32,000 nt of DNA from Methanopyrus kandleri AV19 (lineage in GTDB: Archaea > JAADCQ01 > Methanopyri > Methanopyrales > Methanopyraceae). The stretch lies in the NCBI RefSeq assembly GCF_000007185.1, contig NC_003551.1, positions 1,200,001 through 1,232,000 of the forward strand, given 5' to 3'. Each line of letters opens with the position of its first letter. Positions within the stretch are counted from its first letter, which is position 1. A program made the position numbers and the translations under genes. The notes below the pieces were generated by a model, which saw nothing but the letters and a program-made list of their open reading frames with translations, did not search any database and was not told where the DNA came from. Shown piece by piece: positions 18,622-25,977 of this stretch.

Positions 18622-19331
18622 TCCGCCCCGCACACCAGGCCACCCCCGCACATCAGGCACTTGAGCACCACGTCCTTCGGGTCCCCTTCATCGACGATCT
18701 TACCGTCCATCATCAGGTAGGCCCTGTCACCGACCTGCTCCGCCAGGTCGCGGTTGTGCGTGATCAGCAGCACGGCGGAGCCTTCCTCCCTCATGGTCTC
18801 GATGACCTTCGCCAGATCCTCCATCGACGACATGTCCAGTCCCGCGTCCGGCTCGTCCAAGATCACCAGGTCCGGTCTCATCGCCATCACAGCGGCCAGT
18901 TCGACGCGCTTCCGCTCGCCTCCGCTCAGGTTCTCACCGCACTCGCGGTCCCAGTACTCCTCCGGGTCGAGACCGACGATCCGAAGGCACCGTCGCGCCC
19001 AGTCCTCATCGTCGGTGCAGACGGACAGGTACTCGCCCACGGTCAGGCCCTCGAACCTCGCGGGCTCCTGCCAGGACATTGTCAGTCCCATCCTCGCCCG
19101 CTCGTACATGGGGAGGTCGGTGATATCCCGACCCTTGAACCGGACCTCTCCCTCGACGACCTCGTATCCCGAGCACCCCACGATGGTCTTCGCCAGCGTG
19201 CTCTTCCCCGACCCATTGGGACCGATCAGGTCGACGATCTCGCCCTCGTCGACGGTCAGGGAGGCACCTCGAACGATCTCCGTTCCGTCCTCGGATTCCA
19301 CCCGCAGGTCTTTAACCTCGAGCAGAGCCAA
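18618..19331 (-). CDS. sufC: Fe-S cluster assembly ATPase SufC (ABC type)
   Basis: 237 aa. Walker A GPNGSGKST, signature LSGGERKRVELA, Walker B LVILDEPDAGLD, H-loop ITH. Unusual Cys-rich tail KCLMCGGGLVCGAE. Confidence 0.92.
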   Translation of the reverse strand: MALLEVKDLRVESEDGTEIVRGASLTVDEGEIVDLIGPNGSGKSTLAKTIVGCSGYEVVEGEVRFKGRDITDLPMYERARMGLTMSWQEPARFEGLTVGEYLSVCTDDEDWARRCLRIVGLDPEEYWDRECGENLSGGERKRVELAAVMAMRPDLVILDEPDAGLDMSSMEDLAKVIETMREEGSAVLLITHNRDLAEQVGDRAYLMMDGKIVDEGDPKDVVLKCLMCGGGLVCGAE

Positions 19332-19334
19332 CGT

Positions 19335-19369
19335 CTAGGGCCCCCGTACGCCCGCGACCCGGGCCCTAG
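19335..19369. promoter_or_regulatory. Perfect 9-bp inverted repeat CTAGGGCCC-N17-GGGCCCTAG, 4 nt upstream of the sufC start codon
   Basis: Read directly: arms at 19335-19343 and 19361-19369. A second 7-bp GC hairpin (GGCCCGG-gacatca-CCGGGCC) lies at 19407-19427. The only AT-rich, TATA-like sequence is about 150-190 nt from the sufC start. Confidence 0.45.
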
Positions 19370-19522
19370 GAAGCGCTTCGCGCCGCCGATGAGGGCCCGG
19401 CCCAACGGCCCGGGACATCACCGGGCCGACCGGCCAGGTGGGATGAGGCCACCTGCCGACACCCGGGCACAGGGGGTCTCACACCTTTACAGTTACTACG
19501 CTTCCTCATTCGAAAATCGTAG

Positions 19523-19533
19523 AACAATAAAGG
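19523..19533 (+). promoter_or_regulatory. TATA-like box AACAATAAAGG, about 26 nt upstream of ATG 19555 (predicts a leaderless mRNA)
   Basis: AT-rich island in GC-rich DNA at canonical archaeal TATA-to-start distance. No SD before the ATG. Confidence 0.5.
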
Positions 19534-19554
19534 ATCTCCACCGGGGCTTTCCCG

Positions 19555-20589
19555 ATGCCCGAGATCGAGGTTTACGAGATCGAACCGGAGCGGAAGCTGC
19601 TGGAACTGCTCCGGGAAGCCCCGTCAGTCACGGAGGCCCCGGCGTGGGACGCGGTGTACCCATATCACCGGCACGAAGAAGGACTGTTCCGAGAGGTGGT
19701 CCGCGCGGTCCGGGAGGTGCTCTACGAGACCGAAGCCGCCCGGGTGTGCGTGGGACTCGAGGGTATGGATAGCACCCTGTGCGCGGCGGCGGCCGCCCGA
19801 GCCTGCGAGGAGTACGGGGTGGAGCTCGTCTGTTACACCGTGGGGTTCTACCCCGGGATGCCCCGTGAGCTCGTCCACGCCCGGGCGTACCTAGTCGCCT
19901 CCGAGCTCGACAGCCGCTACGAGACCCCGGTCTACCTGTACCACCTCGACGTACCACCTCCGGTCGAGTCCAAGCGCGAACTCTGCCGGCTCTGCGGTCG
20001 GCTCCGGTTCGAGGTCGCGGCCCAGGCGTTCCCGGGCTCCGTGATACTCGGGGGCGCGAACTTCGGAGAAGCCCCGCACAGGGCTCGACTCGACGCGATC
20101 ACGCACCACGGACAGGCCATCGAGTACCGACCCCTCCTCGAGTTGGGCTTCGACAAGGGTCACGTGGTGGCGGCCCTCCGCGAGGTGAACTTCCACTTCC
20201 CCAGGCTCGAGTGGTGGAAGAACGAGAGCGGGTGCGGCGTGCGGGACTACCTACGGGATCCCGACCCCGAGGGGGTACTGGAGGCTGCCGAGGCCAACGA
20301 CACGTTCCACCGGATCCTGCTCGAGGAGGGGGCCTGGTGCGGTCACCACTACGACACGGCCGTCGTGCTGTACGACGGGGAGCGGGTGTACCCGGTCCTG
20401 ATCCCGCTGCCCTGGGGATGGGGCCGCGACGCCCAGCGGGCCGCGGAGGCCGCCTTCGACGAGCTCGCCGATAGGTGGGAGGTGGGGAACCCGGAGGAGG
20501 TCCAGGAGGTGGACGATCCGCCCCTCGAGAGCATCCTCAAGCGGGCCCGGCAACTCGGCACGGTTCAGCCCTCCACCTCGCCCAGGTAG
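19555..20589 (+). CDS. PP-loop ATP-pyrophosphatase superfamily protein, TtcA/NcsA-like, with degenerate PP motif
   Basis: 344 aa. VCVGLEGMDSTLCAAAAA sits where SGGxDS is expected. About 75 aa later, ELCRLCGRLRFEV resembles the TtcA-type CxxC(S/A)RLRR motif. The C-terminal ~170 aa are unrecognised. Confidence 0.5.
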   Translation: MPEIEVYEIEPERKLLELLREAPSVTEAPAWDAVYPYHRHEEGLFREVVRAVREVLYETEAARVCVGLEGMDSTLCAAAAARACEEYGVELVCYTVGFYPGMPRELVHARAYLVASELDSRYETPVYLYHLDVPPPVESKRELCRLCGRLRFEVAAQAFPGSVILGGANFGEAPHRARLDAITHHGQAIEYRPLLELGFDKGHVVAALREVNFHFPRLEWWKNESGCGVRDYLRDPDPEGVLEAAEANDTFHRILLEEGAWCGHHYDTAVVLYDGERVYPVLIPLPWGWGRDAQRAAEAAFDELADRWEVGNPEEVQEVDDPPLESILKRARQLGTVQPSTSPR

Positions 20590-21341
20590 ACCACGCGCTC
20601 CCCAGTCTCGACCTTCCCCTCCCACGAGCGCATCCTCGCCCGGTGCGTCCCGACGCTCACCGGCTCGGCGAGGACGAACGCCGGGGACCCCCATCGGTTC
20701 AACACGACGAGCGTCGTACCGTCCGGGACCTCCACCCTGGGATCCAGCTCCAGCAGGAACTCGTCCCCTTCGACCCCTTTGACGGCCCCCACGGTCTCTG
20801 ATGCCATGAGCTTCAGGAAGGCCAGCGCCTCGATCAGCTCCTCCGCCTGGGAGCGGTCCCGGACCCGAACCAGCTCCGTGACCCGCCGTAGGTCGCCCTG
20901 GAGGGCTGCGTAGAGGTCCTCCCACGACACGTTCGAGGCGGCGGAGAGTAGCACCAGCATCTTGTCCTGGAGTAGGTCCGACACCACCGCGGCCAGCTCG
21001 TCCACCGGCTCGACCTCCACGAACTCGGAGAACTCCCGCACCTCCACCCCGAGGTGGTCCGCGAGCGCCTCCGCCGACGGGTGCACCCTTCTCCCCATCA
21101 CGAGCGGTCGGTAGCCCGTGAGCTTCGCGGCCACGTACGCCTGCCTCACCGCGTCCACGCCCACCGTACCCGCCTTCACCTCGACGGCGTACCGCTCCCC
21201 GTCCTTCTCCGCCACGATGTCGATCTCCGCGACCAGCTCGTCCTCCAGCTCCACCCGGTAGTTCCTCGCCACCACCTCGAAGCCTTCCTTCCGCAGGATC
21301 GAGGCCGCGATCTCCTCGGCGCTCTTACCGCGGCGGAGCAA
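20565..21341 (-). CDS. PD-(D/E)xK nuclease-fold protein (Hjc/YraN-like N-terminal domain) fused to uncharacterised C-terminal domains
   Basis: 258 aa. GKSAEEIAASILRKEGFEVVARNY...VAEIDIVAEKDGERYAVEVKAG gives the E...D...E-x-K catalytic pattern. The last ~70 aa look like a small beta-barrel (TRAM/OB-like; a guess). TTG start. Confidence 0.55.
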   Translation of the reverse strand: MLRRGKSAEEIAASILRKEGFEVVARNYRVELEDELVAEIDIVAEKDGERYAVEVKAGTVGVDAVRQAYVAAKLTGYRPLVMGRRVHPSAEALADHLGVEVREFSEFVEVEPVDELAAVVSDLLQDKMLVLLSAASNVSWEDLYAALQGDLRRVTELVRVRDRSQAEELIEALAFLKLMASETVGAVKGVEGDEFLLELDPRVEVPDGTTLVVLNRWGSPAFVLAEPVSVGTHRARMRSWEGKVETGERVVYLGEVEG

Positions 21342-21499
21342 CGGACCACCGCCCGACTCGGCAGGCGGATGTCCGATCGTCGATCACCCGACGGGCCCCG
21401 TACTCATCATCGTCAGGACCGGGGTCGGATCCGGGCGTCGTCGTTCCGACCGGTCGAGGCGCCTGTCCCTCCTCACCAGCTCGGTGACCGGGGTTCTCC

Positions 21500-22936
21500 T
21501 CATCCCGACCCCGGCATCGGGACGTCCTCGCGCGGGAGCTCGACGACCACGACGGTGGTTTCCCCGTTCATCTCCACGTCCCTGAGGACCTTTTTCACCT
21601 CACCGGGGTCCGGTTTCTCGATCACCTCGACCTCGGCGCCCAGGGACTCGACTATACTCAGAACGTCGGCGTCCAGCCCCATCTTGGCGGCCCTGCCCTC
21701 CTTCTCTTCCATCACCTGCCGGGTGAACCCTAACTCCCCGTTACGGGTGACGAGCACCGCGATCGGGAGGTCCTCCCTGACCGCCGTCTCCAGCTCCTGA
21801 CAGGAGACCATGAACCCACCGTCCCCGGTCAGGGCGAGCGCCATCTCGGGGACCCGGGCCGAGGCTCCCAGCGCCGCCGGGATCGCGAACCCCATGGGAC
21901 AGAACGACCCGGAGTGGATCAACTCGGACGGGGACGACAGCCGGGCGGCCAGCAGCGCGGTGGGGGTGATCTGACCCGAGTCCACCGTGGCCGGCCCGAT
22001 CCAGGCCTTCAGTGCGGCCTTCACGACCCGGTACAGCTCCAGATCGAACTCCGGCGGCTCGCCCGGCTCCGGGTTCCACGGTTCCGTCCTCGGAGGGTCC
22101 TCGAGCAGTGCCTCCACGAAGGCCCGCACGTCGCACTCCACGACCTCGTCCGCGTCCTCCACCCCGAAACCGACCGCGACCGTGGTGGGCCAGTCGATGT
22201 CCGCGCGCGTGCGTCCCGACAACCGGGCCCCTAGGGCGAGCACGACGTCGGCGTCCTCTACCATGTCGTTCGCCCAGCCCCTGAGACCCACGACCCCGGC
22301 GTTACGTGGGTGGTACTCGGGCACCACGCCCCGGCCGCGCATCGTCTCCACGATCGGTGCTTCCAGGACCTCGCACAACCGCTCCACGAGCTCCCCACAC
22401 CGCGCGCGGTAGCAGCCCCGTCCCACCAGGATCGCCACGCGCTTACCCTCCAGGAGCCCGCGGACGCGCTCCACGTCCTCGGGGTCCGGCTCGACGGGCT
22501 CGATTCCCTCGAGCTCCGCGGAGACCCCGTCTGGGTCGAACCCCGGATCGACGTACAGCACGGGCTCTGAGCGCGCTAGGGTCCGTGCGGCTTCCTCCGG
22601 GTCGTCCGTCACCGTGAGCTCCACGCCGTCCGACGCCATCGAGGGTACGAGCGACTGGAACCCGCGCTCGGTGATCTCGCCGGTCGCGCAGAGCACGGGT
22701 ACGCGATCGGCCAGCGCGCACGCCAGCCCCGCCAGCGCGACCGCCACCCCGGGCCCGCAGGTCGCCAGGGCCGCCGCCGGCTCGCCCGAGACCTCGGCGG
22801 CCCCGATCGCCGCGTACACGGCCGCGTCCTCCCGCGTCGTCCGGACTAGCTCGTCCTCCTCCGCGAGCCTCAGGTACGGTCGGGTCACGTCGTCCCCGGG
22901 TACCCCGAACACGGGACGTAACCTGAACGAGGTCAC
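21500..22936 (-). CDS. Thiamine-diphosphate-dependent enzyme, acetolactate synthase large-subunit-like, short form
   Basis: 478 aa from GTG 22936 (SD GGAGGTGG 6 nt upstream; GTGA overlap with the HARP stop). Pyr domain FGVPGDD...TCGPGVAVALAGLACA. ThDP motif LTGDGGFMVSCQELETAVREDLPIAVLVTRNGELG. The ORF-track start at 23029 overlaps the upstream gene by 97 nt and was trimmed. Confidence 0.8.
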   Translation of the reverse strand: MTSFRLRPVFGVPGDDVTRPYLRLAEEDELVRTTREDAAVYAAIGAAEVSGEPAAALATCGPGVAVALAGLACALADRVPVLCATGEITERGFQSLVPSMASDGVELTVTDDPEEAARTLARSEPVLYVDPGFDPDGVSAELEGIEPVEPDPEDVERVRGLLEGKRVAILVGRGCYRARCGELVERLCEVLEAPIVETMRGRGVVPEYHPRNAGVVGLRGWANDMVEDADVVLALGARLSGRTRADIDWPTTVAVGFGVEDADEVVECDVRAFVEALLEDPPRTEPWNPEPGEPPEFDLELYRVVKAALKAWIGPATVDSGQITPTALLAARLSSPSELIHSGSFCPMGFAIPAALGASARVPEMALALTGDGGFMVSCQELETAVREDLPIAVLVTRNGELGFTRQVMEEKEGRAAKMGLDADVLSIVESLGAEVEVIEKPDPGEVKKVLRDVEMNGETTVVVVELPREDVPMPGSG

Positions 22937-23613
22937 CCTTCCACCTCCCTCGACATTCTCAAGTACTCCTCGATCATATCGGGGAAGGAGCACGCGGGCA
23001 TGAAACGGAGCCCGAGCTCCCGGGCCCACCGCTCGATACCCTCGTCGCTCGCCACCACGGCCGCGTCCAGCTCCTTCGCGAGCAGGAGCACGTCCAGGTC
23101 CGGCGCGCTGTCCAGCGTTCCGTGGCGCACCGTCTGACGGTACTTCCGCCGGAAGCGCCGCACCGTCTCCCCGATCACCTCCCGAATGATCCGCTCCTTG
23201 GGCACGTCCGCCTCCTCGCGTAGCATGATCTCGTACGCCTCCAGGGCCGCCTCCCAGATGGCCTTCTCAGCCCGTTTCCTCCCCCGGTCCAGCCGCTCCC
23301 GCATGTCCTTCACGTAGGCCATGAACAACCGCGCCGGGACCTTCACCTCGTACCGGTTCGGCGTCTTCTTCACGATCCACGTATCGATCCTGGACAGCAG
23401 CTCCGGGCACCCGTTCCGCTCGAGGAACCCCTTCAGCTCCCTGTACACCGTGGGGTACGGGATGTAGCAGCTGATGGCCAGCTCCATCCGCGCCCTACCG
23501 ATCAGGTCCAGGAGCCGCGTCACCGCCTCGCAGAGGTCACCGTCCCCGAGCTCGTCCACCACACCCCGGTCGGTGAAGGCCGTGGTATCGAGCACGAACC
23601 GCTGTTTGTACAC
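22933..23613 (-). CDS. HARP: RNA-free (protein-only) RNase P homologue of Aquifex Aq_880, PIN-like, UPF0278 family
   Basis: 226 aa. FVLDTTAFTD (PIN Asp), KKTPNRYEVKVPARLFMAYVKDMRERLDRGRKRAEKAIWEA, and DLDVLLLAKELDAAVVASDEGIERWARELGLRF. These closely parallel archaeal UPF0278 sequences as I remember them. GTG start with GGGGTGA SD 6 nt upstream. Confidence 0.8.
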   Translation of the reverse strand: MYKQRFVLDTTAFTDRGVVDELGDGDLCEAVTRLLDLIGRARMELAISCYIPYPTVYRELKGFLERNGCPELLSRIDTWIVKKTPNRYEVKVPARLFMAYVKDMRERLDRGRKRAEKAIWEAALEAYEIMLREEADVPKERIIREVIGETVRRFRRKYRQTVRHGTLDSAPDLDVLLLAKELDAAVVASDEGIERWARELGLRFMPACSFPDMIEEYLRMSREVEG

Positions 23614-23615
23614 GG

Positions 23616-24314
23616 TCAGTCACCCCGGGCGGGCCGGAGCACCAGACCGGCCCGCGTGATCCTGGCCTCGAACTCGACCAGCTCGCGGCCCAGACGGCAC
23701 CGGGCGACCTTGCCGTCGCGGATCCTGCGGACTCCCAGGAACCTGTACTCGGGGTGGATCCACGGGCGCGTCTCCTCGCCTCCGAACGCGTGGAGTATCC
23801 GGGCGACGGCGTTCACTGGGTTCGGGCGCCCGGCGGGGTCCGGCGGTACGACATCCACGTAGAGGAACTCCCGCGCCGTGTACACCGCCAGGCCCGTCAG
23901 CTCGACGCCGTTCACGCGCTCCGTGGCCGTCTCCAGCTCCAGGACGCCCACGTCGCACTCCTCCAGGGCGCGGGTCACCGCCTTCTCCAGGTCCCGCTTC
24001 GTCCCGGTCGGCTCGAAGTCCAGGAGGCCGTACGGGTCGCGACGGACCAGGCGACGGCGTTCCGGGCGTTCCCCGGTGATCTCCTCCGCCTCCCTCGCGC
24101 CGTGAGGTGTCAGCGTGTACACGCAGGAGGCCGTCCACGGGTCGAACGTGACCGTGAGCACCGGGCGGCCGTCCACGAAGACGCGGTCGGCCCGGACCGG
24201 TCCCCGGATGCGCTCCACGGTCACCTCCCGGTCCGCGATCCCGAGGTCCGAGCCGGTCAGCTCCTCGAGCACCTCCCGGTACTCCTCCAGCTCCCCGCGG
24301 GAAGGTTCCCTCAC
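23616..24314 (-). CDS. Hypothetical protein (ORFan, 232 aa), first gene of the HARP transcription unit
   Basis: GTG-initiated ORF ending 2 nt before the HARP start. Protein-like composition, no motif recognised. A TATA-like CCTTAAAC (minus strand, about 24357-24364) lies about 45 nt upstream. Confidence 0.55.
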   Translation of the reverse strand: MREPSRGELEEYREVLEELTGSDLGIADREVTVERIRGPVRADRVFVDGRPVLTVTFDPWTASCVYTLTPHGAREAEEITGERPERRRLVRRDPYGLLDFEPTGTKRDLEKAVTRALEECDVGVLELETATERVNGVELTGLAVYTAREFLYVDVVPPDPAGRPNPVNAVARILHAFGGEETRPWIHPEYRFLGVRRIRDGKVARCRLGRELVEFEARITRAGLVLRPARGD

Positions 24315-24387
24315 CGGCAGGGTGGTCGTCCCCGTGAGGTCATGCGGGGTTCCCGGGTTTAAGGCCTCAGGGCCGCCGTTACGCGTC

Positions 24388-25167
24388 CTAAAACGATGCC
24401 TCGGACCGGAGCTCCTCGACGATCTCCCGCGCGTGGGATCGGAGCGCCCGGTACAGCGCCCGCGCGTCCCTCCGTAGCGCGGCGTCCAGCACGTCCTCCG
24501 ACTCCGGGATCACCACGTCGAGGTCGTCGCTCGATCCGTCCGCCCGGTTCAGGACGGTGACGGTCGGGAGTCCGAACCTTTCGACCAGGGTCCTGGCACG
24601 CTCGAAGTCGTGACGGGCCGCGGGGCTCGGGGCGGTCACCAGCACCGCGGCGTCGGCGCGGGAGAGGGCCGCGATCACGGGACACCCCAGCCCCGCCGGA
24701 CAGTCGATCACGCACGGACGCTCGGGAACCATCCGGTGGATCACGTGCGCGAGCTCGGGTACCCAGGGCTCGGATCTCGGATGGATCACCTCGAGGTTCA
24801 GGTCCGGGTTACGCGACCTGACGATCTCACCTAGGACCTCCGGCTCGAACTCGATCGCGTCCTCGGGGCAGGCGATCGCGCAGATCCCGCACCCGTCGCA
24901 GGCCGTGGGGTCCTCGACGGCGTCCCACGGGCAGACCTCCGAGCACCTCCCGCACTCGACGCAATCGTCGGTCTTGACCGCGTAGCGGGCCCGGATCTCC
25001 TCGAGCACCTCCTCGACCTCCAGCTCCAGGTACGCGGGTACGTCGGGCTCGGTCACGTCGGCATCCACCAGCGGCACCCCTAGCTCCGCCGCCAGGGCGA
25101 TCGAGAGCATCGTCTTCCCCACGCCGCCCTTCCCTCCCAGGACGGCGACCTTGAGCTCCGGATCCAA
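24388..25167 (-). CDS. MinD/ParA-superfamily P-loop ATPase with inserted 2x[4Fe-4S] ferredoxin domain (paralogue 2)
   Basis: 259 aa. Deviant Walker A LGGKGGVGKT. Insert CVECGRCSEVCP and CDGCGICAIACP. TTG start after GCGGGGGTAT SD. Confidence 0.88.
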   Translation of the reverse strand: MDPELKVAVLGGKGGVGKTMLSIALAAELGVPLVDADVTEPDVPAYLELEVEEVLEEIRARYAVKTDDCVECGRCSEVCPWDAVEDPTACDGCGICAIACPEDAIEFEPEVLGEIVRSRNPDLNLEVIHPRSEPWVPELAHVIHRMVPERPCVIDCPAGLGCPVIAALSRADAAVLVTAPSPAARHDFERARTLVERFGLPTVTVLNRADGSSDDLDVVIPESEDVLDAALRRDARALYRALRSHAREIVEELRSEASF

Positions 25168-25181
25168 CGCGATACCCCCGC

Positions 25182-25970
25182 CTACACGACCTCCTCTAGG
25201 CAGCGCTCTACCGCCTCCCTGAAGACCTCCGATCGGGGTGGGTCGTCTACGGTAGGGGCCTCGACGACCGGATCCCGGACCTCCTCCTCGATCCTCCGCC
25301 TCCAGGAATCCGAGAGGTCGGACCTGTTGATCAGGATGACCACCTCGATCCCGGCGCGGTCGGCGACGCGCATCAGGCGCCTCAGATCGTGGTAAGCCGC
25401 CGGGGTCGGCTGCGTCACGGCGATCGCGGCGTCCGCGGCCTTGAGAACGTCGTACACGTCCTTCCCGGCGCCGGCCGGCGTGTCGAGGATCAGGTCCCTT
25501 TCGTCGTCCGCACCCTCCAGGAGCGCGTGAACGAGGTGTCGGGACCGCCGGTCACCCACGTCGAGCGATCCCGACGTCAGCGTCGCCCCGGTCTCGGACA
25601 CCCGGTACCTCCGTACCTCACCGATCCGAACGCGGTCGTACGCCAGGGCGCCGTTGGGGCAGCTCTCGATGCACAACCCGCAGCCGTGGCACAGGTCGGG
25701 ATCCAGGTCCCACGAGCGCCCGACCACGAGGGCGCCCGGCGCGCAGACCCGCGCGCACGTCCCGCAGAGATCGCACGCGTCTTCGTCCTCAAGCTTCGGA
25801 CACGGGATGTACACGTCGGACCGCTCGACCTCTTCGCAGTCGAGGTAAAGATGGAGGTTGGGGGTGGTGACGTCCAGGTCGAGGGCGTCCCAGCCCAGGA
25901 TCCGGTGGACGTGAACGGCGACCGTGGTCTTACCGACACCTCCTTTGCCGCCCGTGACGGCCAGCCACAT
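25182..25970 (-). CDS. MinD/ParA-superfamily P-loop ATPase with inserted 2x[4Fe-4S] ferredoxin domain (paralogue 1)
   Basis: 262 aa. TGGKGGVGKTT. Insert CDLCGTCARVCAP and CHGCGLCIESCP. ATG start after GAGGAGTGATC SD. Confidence 0.88.
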   Translation of the reverse strand: MWLAVTGGKGGVGKTTVAVHVHRILGWDALDLDVTTPNLHLYLDCEEVERSDVYIPCPKLEDEDACDLCGTCARVCAPGALVVGRSWDLDPDLCHGCGLCIESCPNGALAYDRVRIGEVRRYRVSETGATLTSGSLDVGDRRSRHLVHALLEGADDERDLILDTPAGAGKDVYDVLKAADAAIAVTQPTPAAYHDLRRLMRVADRAGIEVVILINRSDLSDSWRRRIEEEVRDPVVEAPTVDDPPRSEVFREAVERCLEEVV

Positions 25971-25977
25971 CCGGGGA

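Noticed and set aside
21395-21425. C/D-box sRNA signal on the minus strand of the ThDP-nuclease spacer (CUGA-cga-UGAUGA, looking like D'-C')
   Set aside because: No terminal C box about 12 nt upstream of the CUGA and no D box about 12 nt downstream of the UGAUGA. This is an isolated motif only.
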